Below the pieces are notes generated by a model, which had not been told where the DNA came from, did no database searches, and saw only the letters and a program-made list of their open reading frames with translations. Below are positions 1 through 13,550 of a DNA stretch of 64,000 nt, piece by piece. Position 1 is the stretch's first letter, and the number at the start of each line of letters is the position of its first letter. Both the position numbers and the translations under genes were made by a program. Source of the DNA: the human T2T-CHM13v2.0 reference genome, Homo sapiens; the NCBI RefSeq assembly GCF_009914755.1, contig NC_060930.1; one strand, 5' to 3'.

Positions 1-3000
1 TTGATGAGGGGCCCCACAGTAATTATTCATTCTAAACATCACGTAGGATTATTGAGTAAATGTTCATATGGAAAGTGTGAGAAACTGGGTTAAATGTGTT
101 TTGGACCCCATACACTCTGGGAGATGTTTTATTATTTGTTTACTTTTTTTCAAAAGCAACATTATCAGTTTGACTCCTTTAGATTGCCTAACTTCTTTCT
201 TCTAAAAGTAAGGGGCAGAAAACAATTAAGTCAGTGATCTTATTGGTGAGTCTGGGGAGCACAGTGGACATACCAGCTTGACACACTTCTCAGGAATAAG
301 CTGTTGCTTTGTAAGTGGGTGAAAAAGGCTTCAACCTGCCCTGGTGCCTAAGAGGCAGAATCTCAGATAAGGGTGGACGGACCATGCAAACAGGTGCTTC
401 ACACACAAATCACAGGAAAAGCCTCTGGATGTGAAGTGTGAAAAGAACCGCTCACCACCCAGTGGCCTTATCAGTGACAGTGGCGCGTGTGCATGCACAC
501 AGGGCTCTTTGTGGGCCATCCCGGGGGCGTCTTTGAATTACCAAGGACAGGACACTAGCAGAAGGGGTCGGCAAACAGCTTCTGCGTTCTTGAGCTGAGT
601 TGGAAGGATGAGAGGTTCAGAGGTAGCGGAGGGGAAAAGATGTTCAGCTAGAGAGGAGTTAGGAGGCTTTCAGCACTCTATCCCTTTACGAAGGCTTTGT
701 GCAATATGACTGAGGGACGTTTGCTCGCACAGCTGACTTTCTCATTGCTTGATATACAGTTGCGGATAAACCTGTCATCAGTGAGCTAATGAGCAGGCCC
801 TTGTGCTGCTGCCTAGCACAGACAAGAGCCACAGGCACACCGTGATGCCTTTGGAGCCTGTTTTTTCCAATTGAGGCATTTGAAATATGTCCTGCACCAT
901 GGAACATTAGTGATATTTTGAAATGAAAAAAGGAGCTGTTTCTCCAGCTCAGGGCCCAGTATTGGTAGATTGGTAGTAAGGCTGTTTCCTGTGATCCTCA
1001 GCAGGCAGGCATGTTGCCTGCTGGGCGTTTTCCTTCATATTTCATTACATCTCCTGGAAACGATCTTGCCCTAGAGGCCTGGTTGTGTTTGAAGAAACAT
1101 GGTCCTTAGATCTGCAGCTTCAACACCGGGAAGCATCGCTCCAAGTAGTGGGGCTAGAGGAGCGCTCTGGAAAGCCAGCAGTAGAACATTCCTCCGTTTC
1201 CACCGAGACAGGCCTCTTAGAAAGGCCAGCCTCCAGGCCACACACTTGCTTGGTCCTGGAGTCACTGAAGGCCTCTCTCACTGGTTCAGTGTTCCTTCCT
1301 CTAGGCCAGGCTGTTTCCACACCTATGACCCGGTGTTAAAACCAGGCCCATGTGTGACCGTGTGGGCCACAGAATATAAAGTAGACACCCCGTTTTTTTG
1401 GATTGTTTCCTAATGTTCATGATTCCTGGCAACTGAAAAGTGCTTCCAGGGACAGGACTTACGGTGGGGCGGAAGAGGGAGGAGAGGAAAGTGATGTGAA
1501 TACTGCTGACACCGTGGAAAGGCTGCTGGGAGGGCCCCTGAATCAGCAGGAGTTCACCTTCCTTCCCGTCCCGCTCTCCAGGCCCCAGTGCTGGGGTCAG
1601 CAGTTCATGCATAAGAAATCAGGATTCTTTGGAGCAATTCATGCTGCCAAATGCACACTGACATTCCAAGCCAAACCCCACTCCGCATTTGAAGGTCACT
1701 TGGCCTGCGTCAAGCACACTTGACAATTGCTCAAAGGGAAATGAGGGAATTGTTTTGTATAAATGAGTCAACTTACCTTCAATGAACACCACTGGAAATG
1801 AACCTGGCAATGATAGACGAGTTTGCATGGCTTTACCTAAGCACCGTCATAAATTATGGCATGTATTATGTACCTCTCAGCTTATGCTCTATGTCAAGTA
1901 TGGGGAAGAAAATAATACAGTCTAGGCAATTTCAGCAAGACTGGGGTCAACTTGTTAGGAGCATGTGTTCACATGTCAGTGACCTGCAGTAAGGAAAAGA
2001 GAAATGAACATAGTCCAAGGTGGGAGGTAACCAGCACCAACCTCTTCCTTCCCCCCATATGGCCACCCTTGGTGTCAGCTTCTCCTAGGGGTGGCTGGCC
2101 ACCTACCTCTCAGGGGGAGGTGGAATTAGACACCCAACGCACAGCACTGTGGACACTGGCAGGAGGCCTGGGACAGGCTGAGGGGATAAAGAGGTACCCT
2201 GCAGAGCATGGTTAACCTGCACCAGGGACAATGAAGAGTTGGATATGCAGATACCTGGATAAACATTGGAAAATACACTCAGTTTGAGAAAATATTTACA
2301 AGCGATTCAGGGAAGAGGATGAGTCCATGATGCTGTGGGTAGTAAATTAACAACCATATATATTGTATGCTGAGACAAAACAGGATTGGGAGAAGTCATT
2401 TTCATATAAGAGAAAAGTGGGTTTTCCCCATCTTTTCCAACTTGTGCTGCAAGCTCCAATGATGCTGCTGGAGAAAAACTTATCTCATGGAGTTGTTGGC
2501 TACTTCGTATGGTGATACAAGGTAGAGGTAACCTCAGACACTCTTTCAGCCCTTTTATGATCCATGTTAACTCCCTCCATCATGAAACTGGCAAAGGGAT
2601 TCACAATCCTCACTGGGTTCTCAAAAACATTTACCACTTAGACATAAATTTTCACCTGAAGTCAGATTACATAGCTATATGCAAAAAGGAAGCAAAAGAT
2701 CTTTACAGTCAGTTTCCCACTAATCCCCAAGACATGCTCGGTAGGAGGGCAGGAAGAATAAATCCAACCTCGACATCTGCAGAGAAGCCCAAAGCTCTGC
2801 CAGAGACCCCTTGGGGTTGGCTGCTGCGGTCACCTGGTGGCCCTTCTGCCTGGCTTGATGGAAACGTGTGCACTCAGTCTTGGGGCTACAGACAACCTGA
2901 TCCAGAAAAAGAGTTCCTGCCAGCCTCTCCTTCTCTCCTCGTCCAACCTGGATGCACAAGACTCCAAGAAAAAATAAAAATTAAATGTTCTTACCTCACA

Positions 3001-3178
3001 GCAGTTGAGGATTCGTGGTATAACTTAAACCTCACCTGGAAAACCAGCAGGGAGAGGGTCGGTGAGTGTCTATCTCTTTTGACTTCTAAATCTGTGCCTT
3101 ACCTTTTAGTCATCCTGCTCGATGCTTGGCACTGGAAATGGATTCCCTCAATTGTGCCAGATACCCACAATGCCATAG

Positions 3179-3298
3179 GTGTGTGTGTGTGCATGTGTGT
3201 GTGTGTGCGTGTGCATGTATGTATGTTTGCATGTGTTATACATGAGTGCATGCATGCATTTGTGTATGTGCACATGACCTTGTGCATGTATGCAAATG
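3179..3298. repeat. Degenerate (TG)n/(TGCA) simple repeat
   Basis: gtgtgtgtgtgcatgtgtgtgtgtgtgcgtgtgcatgtatg... Confidence 0.85.
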
Positions 3299-3310
3299 TC
3301 GGGGAGCCAA

Positions 3311-3616
<306 letters not shown>

Positions 3617-4198
3617 TTAAAAATTATATATATATATATGTATATATAATCAGGGAGTCAAGTTTGCCTTCGAGATGCTGAGGAGAGAGTGCTCTAATCC
3701 CTCCCTGGTGTTGCCCTGCTGGAAAGAACTAGTGAGAGTGTGGGGAGGGGGAGGCTGAGCATCATCAGGGAACCTGAATGAGGCCTGGCAGTGCCAGCCA
3801 GCTTGTAGGAGGAGAGACAAATTCCTTCTAGGAGATTGCACTATTGTGGGCATGAGGGGGAGTGTGGACATATACTCTATTGTTCGAAGGGGGCCTGGAG
3901 AGTAATTGATCAAAGTCTCTTTGGGTTGAGAAAAAGGCACAGGCTCATGGCTCGTTTGCTTAAAACCACGCTAGGAGAAATCTATGGAAATTAGAGATCA
4001 CAGATCTGAGGAATTAACAGAAAATGAGAGAAATTCTTGTGGAACTGAAAGCGGCTGTGATCTGCATGTGCTGTATGTGGTGGAGGGTGCCACCTGTGAC
4101 CAGGGCACGGAGGGCACAGATTCAGTGGGGCAGGGAGACCTTTTATGTTTTGCTCTAACCTCATTTCCTCACTAGGATCTCAAAACACAAGAGATCAG

Positions 4199-4199
<1 letters not shown>

Positions 4200-4236
<37 letters not shown>
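4200..4236. repeat. (CA)n microsatellite
   Basis: About 18 perfect CA units. Confidence 0.97.
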
Positions 4237-4240
<4 letters not shown>

Positions 4241-4399
4241 CAGGAAATAGATATGGAATATTTCAAGAATCAGTTATCAAGCTTGAGTTGTGCAGAGCTC
4301 TGACGGCTGGTGACCCTGTGCTCTGCCCAGCCTCAGCCACCCACTCCCTGCTCACACCTGTGACCTGACTTCACCACGAGGGCAGTGGCTCCATGACCT

Positions 4400-4975
4400 G
4401 AGGTCTAGGCTCCCCACCATCACTCACTACTTCCCAGCATCACTGTCCATGACCATTACACCAACAACCCTTGAGCTTTACCGGGACCCACAATCCAGCA
4501 TCTTTGCCCTCGTTTCTAGCCCACTCTTCAGCATCCTCCCCTCGTTCTGCCCCAAGCAAAGATCTCATACCTTACCACTGTAATTATCCCCTTTCTTGCA
4601 TCCCAAACACCCGCTCACCTCTCTCCAGCTTACTCACCTGGAAATACCTCCGCTCCTGGTAACATCCAACTCCCTGCCTTCTCTTAGCCTCACCCAGGCA
4701 GCTGATGCAGCTGGAGACAAACACACAATATTGGTCAGCACTGTCTAGCAGTCTTCTCATATCTCCTTAGAAAATTCATTCCCTGACTCTCCCAGACAAC
4801 TCTCTCTTACCCTCTTCCTTCTCCTCAGTCCTTCAGCATCCCTGCCTTCCCAGCTGGAGGCCTTGTTTTTCATTTGGCTGAGATCACAGAAACCCCCAGA
4901 AGGCATGCTTTTCACCTTCCAGTGCTTAGACTCACCCATCTGACCACACACCCTGCCTTCCCTTTTCAGTAGATG
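4400..4975 (+). mobile_element. L2 LINE internal fragment
   Basis: CT-rich; ...ctcctggtaacatccaactccctgccttctc...cacccaggcagctgatgcagctggagacaaacacacaa resembles L2 ORF2. Confidence 0.6.
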
Positions 4976-4999
4976 AACTCACTAAGGCCAGCTCCCGAG

Positions 5000-5360
5000 T
5001 TCTAGGTTGGGTTCCTCAGACGTGGATCCTGAGATGAGGATTTGGGTGAAGCAATTCTTAAGGAAATGCTCCCAGGAGAAACCAGGAATGGCATGGAGAA
5101 AGCACAACAAGGAGAGAGAAGAAGACAAGCAAGGGTGCAATTTCAGACAAAATCCCTTGGGGCGTGGCTTCTGTTGGAGAGGCAGGAAGTCCAGATTTGT
5201 CCTGCCTGCAGGCCAGGGGCTGGTCTCTCACGGGCCTGCAGTTATCAGCCACTGGCCAAGGGTCGCCCAGGGGCATACACACCCCCAGGTATTTATGGCT
5301 TTGCGGGAGCAGGCAAAGGGCTCTATTAGCCCGAGGGCAGGATCTGAAGAATTGTAGGTA
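5000..5360 (-). mobile_element. LTR16-like ERVL LTR fragment
   Basis: ggttgggttcctcaga...cctgagatgaggatttgggtgaagcaattctt...gctcccaggaga resembles the reverse-complemented LTR16 3' end. Confidence 0.55.
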
Positions 5361-5469
5361 CGGGCCGTTGGAAGCAAAAGCACCAAAAGTATATCTATAT
5401 ATGTAATAATTATATTTGGGACATGCAGGAACATAAGTTGTAAAAAAAGAAAAAATGGAGTAAGAGAGA

Positions 5470-5870
5470 TTGGAGGCAGGGGATTTAGGAGAGGAGAGCA
5501 TGTTCAGTATCAAGTAGGGTGTTCAGGGTAAGCCTCATTCAGAAGGTGACATCTAAGTGAAGACATGAATGAGGCAAAGGAACTAGTGAAGAAGATACCG
5601 GGGGAAGAGTGGCTCAGGCAGCAGGACCTGCTACAGCAAAACCCCTCAGGCAGTAACACTCCTGGCAGTAACACTCCTGGCAATTGGGTGACCTGCTCAT
5701 CCCATCTGCCTGGGACTTTCTGGGTTTACACCAGCAGATTTCAGGTGCAGCATTTTGGCCAGCATAGCTGGGAAAGTAAGAGGAGGAAGTAGGAGAAGAG
5801 GTCATAGAGATTACAGGGAGGGTGGCCAGATTAGGTAGGACCTTGTAGAATAAAGTATTTGGCCCGAGTA
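5470..5870 (-). mobile_element. L2 fragment
   Basis: agggtgttcagggtaagcctcattcagaaggtgacatctaagtgaagac...ggggaagagtggctcaggca is typical of antisense L2. Confidence 0.6.
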
Positions 5871-5914
5871 AAATGCGGAGCAGAGCATTGATGGGACTTG
5901 GTGTCTTCTTGCTC

Positions 5915-6125
5915 TCCATCTCCCTTCCTGCTTTGTTTTTGAAGCACTGATCACGCTGTTTGTCTATTTGCTTGTTTATTTTCTGATTCCCTGACTGAGA
6001 TACGGGCTCCAGAGGGCAGAGGGTGTCTATGTTGTGTTCATTTCTATGACCTCAATGCTGAGAACAGTACAAGGTGCGTAGCAGCTCGTTAATGAATATT
6101 GGTTAAAGTGAACAAATGGGTGAAT
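5915..6125 (+). mobile_element. L2 3' end
   Basis: gctccagagggcagagg...agaacagtacaaggtgcgtagcagctcgttaatgaatattggttaa. Confidence 0.7.
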
Positions 6126-7077
6126 CTGGTATAAGATCCAGGAATCTGCCTGAACTGCCTCTGCCAACTCCCTACCCCCTCTCAAACCAGGAGCCAGTGA
6201 CTTGGAAGCTCTTTTCTCTTTGTCGTTGGGAGGCAATGGGACCCCAAAGCACCTGGCACCCTGGTTTCTCCTCCAAGAGTACCTATCTCGATAGATTGAT
6301 TTTTTTCTGAGTAGTGTCTTTCAAGACAAAATTGCTTCTCTAATGCCCTAGGCAGTTAGACCTGAGCCATTCTCAGTTATGATTGCAGCATAGATTTGTG
6401 CTCAAAGAAATATCCAATTCACAAAAACTGTCAGAAATATTGTATGAGGCTCACTTGAATCTCATAGCAGGATACACACTCTTCCAAAATGCCTGTAAGG
6501 AAAACATATAAGAGTTTCAAAATCAAACAGAAGTTAAATGTCGAGATATATTATGCCATTTGGTTGAAAACTCTAAAAGAATATTTCTTTTCCCAAACTG
6601 AACAGAAGATGCATTTCTAGCCATATTTCTTCAGTCTTTAGGTAGCCAAAACACTAAATATTTGTCAAAGACACTGCTGCTTAAGCAATAAAAAATGGGG
6701 CTCTAAGGACTTCTCTTCCATCAAGGACTTCACTGGCAGTTTATTGACCTGACCTCACTGTGGATTCCATAGGAGATACACCAAGGAAAATGGGGTGATT
6801 AGTTTAGTCAATCTTATTCCCAACTGTATCTTTACTTCTACAGTAAAATTTGCCCACACTTTACCTTTGCCGCCCACATATTAATTCTAGCCTAATTGCC
6901 TGATGGCACATTATTTTCATAATATTGATTTTTCTTCTCATTTTAAAATTAGTGCATACACATTGTAAACATTTTTTTTATTTGCTTGCTCCGATTCATT
7001 CCACTTCTCCTGGCCACAGCCACAAGATAGAAGTATGAAGGAACTTCTCAGTTCATTCGTATGGATGATGTTGTTTA

Positions 7078-7227
<150 letters not shown>

Positions 7228-7501
7228 TTACATTTTAAAAAAAAGAAATTCCATCTGCTTTCACATGTGGCCTTTTCTTATACTTAACGTTCAGGAGACT
7301 CACAAGCTTTTATGCTTTTATTATTTGGGGCATGTGAGGACACAGCAATAGTGTTGTCATGGAAACTGGCAGGAGGTACCTCAGGAATGTCAAGCCGAGC
7401 ATATAAACCAAAATCCCATGATAATTCCTAGGCCATGGGCATCAGAGTAATAATAAATTCTCGTTTTTAAAAATAGTGAAAACCTACATGTATATATAAT
7501 A

Positions 7502-7750
7502 AAAATAGCAAACACATAGTGTTTTATGTGTTAATGCCAGACGCTATCCTAAGTGCTTTAAACTAAACTCATTTAACCCCACAACGTCTCTTGAGGTAAA
7601 TACCATTCTCTCCAACTTATAGATAATAAAACTGAGGCACAGAGAGGGTAAGTAATTCATCCCAGGTCACACAGCTCCCAGGTGGATAAGCTGGGATTCA
7701 AACCTGTAGATCTGGCTGGAGATCTACGCTAGACGTTATGAATTGTACTG
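7502..7750 (-). mobile_element. MIR SINE
   Basis: Core ataaaactgaggcacagagagggtaagtaattcatcccaggtcacacagc...ctgggattcaaacc. Confidence 0.85.
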
Positions 7751-8368
7751 TCCACTCTCTGTGAGTGAAGCTCTCAAATACAGTACTTTTCCTACTCTCA
7801 GAACGAGTCGCTCTCCACCGATTCTATTTTTTTTCCTGATCTTGGTTATCCAGCTCAATCTAGAAGTCAGTACATTACATTTCTGGAACCTGGCACAACA
7901 GCATGGGGGAGACCAGTTCTGTCACTGACTCAGGAAGCCGTAAAAGTGAGGGGAAATCTGTTGTTCTGGGCAAACATAGGCCGTCTAGTATCATTCTTTT
8001 TTGTTTTGTTGTTGTTGAATTTTCCCCCCATATCTTCGGCTCTCTGGTTGGTGTAGACAAGCCCCAGGTTTTCCTCTATTTAAAACATTCTGGATGTGAA
8101 GTTAGTAAACAATTTAGGTGAGCGAGCATAAGTGAAGGAAGTGGAAACAGCTGGGGCTGCAAGGCTGCACTGGCCTGGGTTGTTTTTATGTGGGGGAGTC
8201 ATTGGGAAAGCTCTCAAACCCGGCCTGGAGTGTCCCTCTCTGGGTCTTGTGGGACCTGCTGCCTCCTCGCCCTTCCCTGTCCTTCCCCTCCACTCCCCTC
8301 AATTCCTCCCTCTCCCTCCTCTCTCCATTCTGTTCCTTCCTCTGCTTGGGCTTCAATGTGAAGAAGTC

Positions 8369-8760
<392 letters not shown>

Positions 8761-9069
8761 TTACTGTGTTTGCCTCGAGCCCCACATGACACACAAGGGG
8801 CCAGAAGGAATGGGCTCTGTTGCCCATAGCACCTGTAGCCAGGACAGCAGCTGTCTGCAATCTCAGTGAGGGAAACCGCAGCGGACGCCAAGGCTGCAGG
8901 ACTGGAGTCCCAGAGGGGAAGCCCAGCCAGGGGCTGCGCAGGAGGAAACAGGGCAGAAGGCGAGGAGGAGCCCCTCACAGGCAGCATGCTCACGGGGTCG
9001 ACTGGAATTATAATGGCGGCATAGAGCCTAACTAAATGACTCCCTTTTCATTAATAATAGTACTGATAA

Positions 9070-9320
9070 TAATGCAATAGTAGCAAACATTTATATGACA
9101 CTCGTTACATCCCAGGCACTAGCCTAAGTTCTTTTTCTATAAACACATACATATTCTTTTCCTCCTCCTTTGAAGTCTGTCTGTATGTTATTGTTGTTGT
9201 TATTTTTATGTTTTACAAACAAGGAAACCGAGGCATAGAGAGCATAGGCCCAATGCCACCTTGCCCATAAGTAGCAGAGCCAGGACTCAAATTGAGGCAA
9301 TCTGGCCAGAGTTAGAGCTG
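9070..9320 (-). mobile_element. MIR SINE (target of the adjacent L1)
   Basis: ttttacaaacaaggaaaccgaggcatagag...gtagcagagccaggactcaaa. Confidence 0.7.
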
Positions 9321-9324
9321 CGGG

Positions 9325-11074
9325 TTTTTTTTTCTTTTTTTTTTTTTACTTTAAGTTCTAGGGTACAGGTGCACAACATGCAGGTTTGTTACATATGTAT
9401 ACATGTGCCATGTTGGTGTGCTGCACCCATTAACTCATCATTTACATTAGGTATTTCTCTTAATGCTATCCCTCCCCCATCCCCCCACCCCACGACAGGA
9501 CCCGTGTGTGATGTTCCCCCCTCTTTGTGTCCAAGTGTTCTCATTGTTCAATTCCCACCTATGAGTGAGAACATGCGGTGTTTGGTTTTCTGTCCTTGTG
9601 ATAGTTAGCTCAGAATGATGGTTTCCAGTTTCATCCATGTCCCCACAAAGGACATGAACTCATCCTTTTTTATGGCTGCATAGTATTCCATGGTGTATAT
9701 GTGCCACATTTTCTTAATCCAGTCTATCATTGATGGACATTTGGGTTGGTTCCAAGTCTTTGCTATTGTAAATAGTGCTGCAATAAACATACATGTGCAT
9801 GTGTCTTTATAGTAGCATGATTTATAATCCCTTGGGTACATACCCAGTAATGGGATTGCTGGGTCAAATGGTATTTCTAGTTCTAGATCCTTGAGGAATT
9901 GCCACACTGTCTTCCACAATTGTTGAACTAGTTTACACTCCCACCATACAATTGCTTCAAAGATAATAAAATACCTAGGAATCCATCTTACAAGGGTTGT
10001 AAAGGACCTCTTCAAAGAGAACTACAAACCAGTGCTCAATGAAATAAAAGAGGACACAAACAAATGGAAGAACATTCCATGCTCATGGATGGGAAGAATC
10101 AATATCGTGAAAATGGCCATGCTGCCCAAGTTAATTTATAGATTCAATGCCATCCCCATCAAGCTACCAATGACTTTCTTCACAGAATTGGAAAAAACTA
10201 CTTTAAAGTTCATATGGAACCAAAATAGAGCCTGCATTGCCAAGACAATCCTAAGCCAAAAGAACAAAGCTGGGGGCATCACGCTATCTGACTTCAAACT
10301 ATACTACAAGGCTACAGTAACCAAAACAGCATGGTACTGGTACCAAAACACAGATACAGACCAATGGAACAGAACAGAGGCCTCAGAAAATAACACCACA
10401 CATCCACAACCATCTGATCGTTGACAAACCTGACAAAAACAAGAAATGGGGAAAGGGTTCCCTATTTAATAAGTGGTGCTGGGAAAACTGGCTAGCCATA
10501 TGTAGAAAGCTGAAACTGGATCCCTTCCTTACACCTTATACAAAAATTAATTCAAGATGGATTAAAGACTTAAATGTTAGACCTAAAACCATAAAAACCC
10601 TAGAAGAAAACCTAGGCAATACCATTCAGGACATAGGCATGGGCAAGGACTTCATGACAAAAACACCAAAAGCAATGGCAACAAAAGCCAAAATAGACAA
10701 ATGGGATCTAATTAAACTAAAGAGCTTCTGCACAGCAAAAGAAACTACTGTCAGAGTGAACAGGCAACCTACAGAATGGGAGAAAATTTTTGCAATCTAC
10801 CCATCTGACACAGGGCTAACATCCAGAATCTACAAAGAACTTAAACAAATTTACAAGAAAAAATCAAACAACCCCATCAAAAAGTGGGCAAAGGATATGA
10901 ACAGACACTTCTCAAAAGAAGACATTTATGCAGCCAACAGACACGCAAAAAAATGCTCATCATCACTGGTCATCAGAGAAATGCAAATCAAAATCACAAT
11001 GAGACACCATCTCACACCAGTTAAAATGGCAATCATTAAAAAGTCTCAGGAAAAAACAGGTGCTGGAGAGGATG
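9325..11074 (-). mobile_element. L1PA (PA4-6-like), 5'-truncated with 5' inversion
   Basis: Poly-T, 3'UTR and ORF2 C-terminus on minus (9325-9946); upstream ORF2 on plus (9947-11074); TSD tagagctgc(ggg/ag)tttt at 9313 and 11075. Confidence 0.95.
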
Positions 11075-11613
11075 TAGAGCTGCAGTTTTAAGGGCCCATT
11101 CTCATGCCTGGCTTAACCATGACAGTCAAACAAACGACCTGACCATTTGGCATGGTATAGGAGCGCTTGTGTGTATCAGAGTCGAGCAGTGGTGCGGAAC
11201 GAGATTTGGATGTTCTCTAATTCTTCCGACAACTTCACAATGATCATGTGGCTGGATGTAGGCCTGTTAGTGAACACATTCTGTCTACACGTGTGTCTTC
11301 TCTGGGTGGTCTCAAGTTGAGAAGGAATACTGCAAAGGCAAGTTACCTATTCATTTATTCAATCATGTATTCATTGTCTACATGTGTCAGATGCTGGGAC
11401 AGACCCTATGGACATGGAAAAGAAGCCCATGGCCTCGTTGAGAAGAGAACCAAGTAGAAATAAAGTATATTCATTGTATCACTATGAGAAGAATTATAAA
11501 ACCAGACAAACATACTATATATGATTGAAGCTATGAGAACCTCTCCTGCCTCTGGCAGGACACAGCAGAAGTTGGGAAGGGGAGATATCACGGCATCTTT
11601 CAGGAAGACATGG

Positions 11614-12031
11614 TGTATTAGTCAGTTGTCACATTGCTATAAAGAAATACCTGAGACTGGGTCATTTTTATAAAGAAAAGAGGTTTAGTTGGCTCACGAT
11701 TCTACAGGCTGAACAGGAAGCATAGCATCTTCTGCTTTGGGGGAGGCCTCTGGGAACTTCCAATGATGGCAGAAGACAAAGGCAGATCAGGGTTATTACA
11801 TGGCAGACGCAGGAGCAAGAGAGTGACAGGGAGGTGCTGCACACTTGCAAAGGACCAGATCTCATGAGAACTCCCTCACCATCTAGAGGACAGTGGGAAC
11901 GGGATGGTGCTAAACCACCCATGAGAAATCTGCCCTCATGAGCCAGTTACCTGCCACCTGGCCCCACCTCCAGCATTGAGGATTACTGTCTGACATGAGA
12001 TTTGCTGGGGACACAGATCCAAACCATTTCA
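11614..12031 (-). mobile_element. MSTB-like MaLR solo LTR
   Basis: tgtattagtc...gctataaagaaatacctgagactggg...gggacacagatccaaaccatttca. Confidence 0.9.
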
Positions 12032-12307
12032 GACGGCATTTGCAACTCATCCTAGAGGATGAGTAGGCACTAAATGACCGTGAGCACCATTTCTTCTCTC
12101 AGGGTGGAGTTCCAGGACATCCTGTGGTCCTCAAGGTGTACACGTAGTTGATTGTGCTTCCTGGCTTGTCTTCTGTACCATGGGGGAATCAATAGGTTAA
12201 CTTTTCTTGTCTGGCACAAACTCCCCAGTGTGGCAAGGGAGAAGGGTACGAGTCAGCACTGGGCAATGCTTCTTAGTGTTAGGTGGTGAAAACATCCTAG
12301 CCATAAT

Positions 12308-12691
12308 TTCTATGGACTTGTATTTCTCGCCTCTCAATTCATATGTTGAAGTCCTAACACCCAGTACCTCAAAATGGAACTGTGTTTGGAGATTGGGTCT
12401 TTAAAGAGGTAATTAAGTTTAAATAAGGTCATTAGGTATATCCTAATCCAATATGATTGGGGTCTTATAAGAAGAGGAGATTAGGACACAGAAACACACA
12501 GAGGCACAACCATGTGAAGACACCGGAAGATGACCATTTGCGAGCCAAGGAGAGAGGGCTCAGAATGAAACCAACCCTGCCCACACTTTGGTCTTGGACT
12601 TCCAGCCTCCAGAAAGGTGAGTAAATACATTTCTGTTGTTCAAACCACCCAATCCGTGTCACTAATTATGGAAGCCCTGGGAAGCTCACAC
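12308..12691 (+). mobile_element. MLT1B-like MaLR LTR
   Basis: aattcatatgttgaagtcctaacacccagtacctca...cttggacttccagcctccagaa...ttctgttgttcaaaccacc. Confidence 0.85.
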
Positions 12692-13423
12692 GCTGTCTTA
12701 CCCTTATAAATGTCTGTGCAGAACAAATGTGTCCGTCATTGGAGCAATGTCTAAGGAGAAACTCCTGGTTGAAAGCACCAAGGTGGGCAAATGGGGGCTT
12801 CAGAGTAAAGACTGTCACCATTCCTTGTCTTAAGGAGCTCTGTGACTTGAAGTGGCACACTGAGAAGGAATGTCTCCCAGCAGACCTGGCTGCCTGGCAC
12901 GATGCAACCTCCAGAATGCAATAAGCTCGGCCTTCCTCTTAGCCCATATTAGGCCAAAAGTTATAACAAGAAGAGATCTCAAAAACGCACGCACAACACA
13001 TGTGTACTGTCAAACAGGATTTCATGTGTAGAAGGATTCCAAACCCTTCAATGTGTACATAGTTAAATGTGGTTGATGACATTTAACTTTAATTAACTTT
13101 AATTCCACATTCTGCCAAAATATTTTCTTTCAGAATAGGAGTATAATTTACTTACGAAGAGCAGATGAACGGGCACTTGGAATCTTAGATGTTTTCTAAA
13201 GTAGTGTTTTTGAGGTAATCCTTGAACAAACTGAGTAACTAAGTCAGCTGAGATTTTTTTTTCTGAAATAGTAAAATAGAAAATTGTGCTATTTTTCCTA
13301 ATCTAGCATGATTTAGAAGTTAATTATAAGTCATTCCCCCACAACACTCCCCATTTATTTCTAGTAACGAAAAACAAGCAGATGGGACAATGCTGCTTAT
13401 TAGTTAGAAACCCCTTGTAATTA

Positions 13424-13550
13424 CAGTGGTAATATAATTTATCTTTCAAACTAGGACATTTTTCAGAGTAAAAGAAAGCACTATTAAAAATTATGCCAGG
13501 ATAAAGTCAGAATCCAGGGTTGTTCTAAGCAAATATATAATCATCGTACT
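13424..13550 (+). mobile_element. MER81-like hAT-Blackjack fossil
   Basis: atataatttatctttcaaactaggacatttttcagagtaaaagaaagcactattaaaaattatgccagga. Confidence 0.6.

Noticed and set aside
512-531. CTCF-like motif ggccatcccgggggcgtc (similar one near 35848-35862)
   Set aside because: Spacing and core mismatches versus consensus; not supportable without ChIP data
2210-2510. Possible CR1/L3 remnant
   Set aside because: Similarity too weak to call by eye
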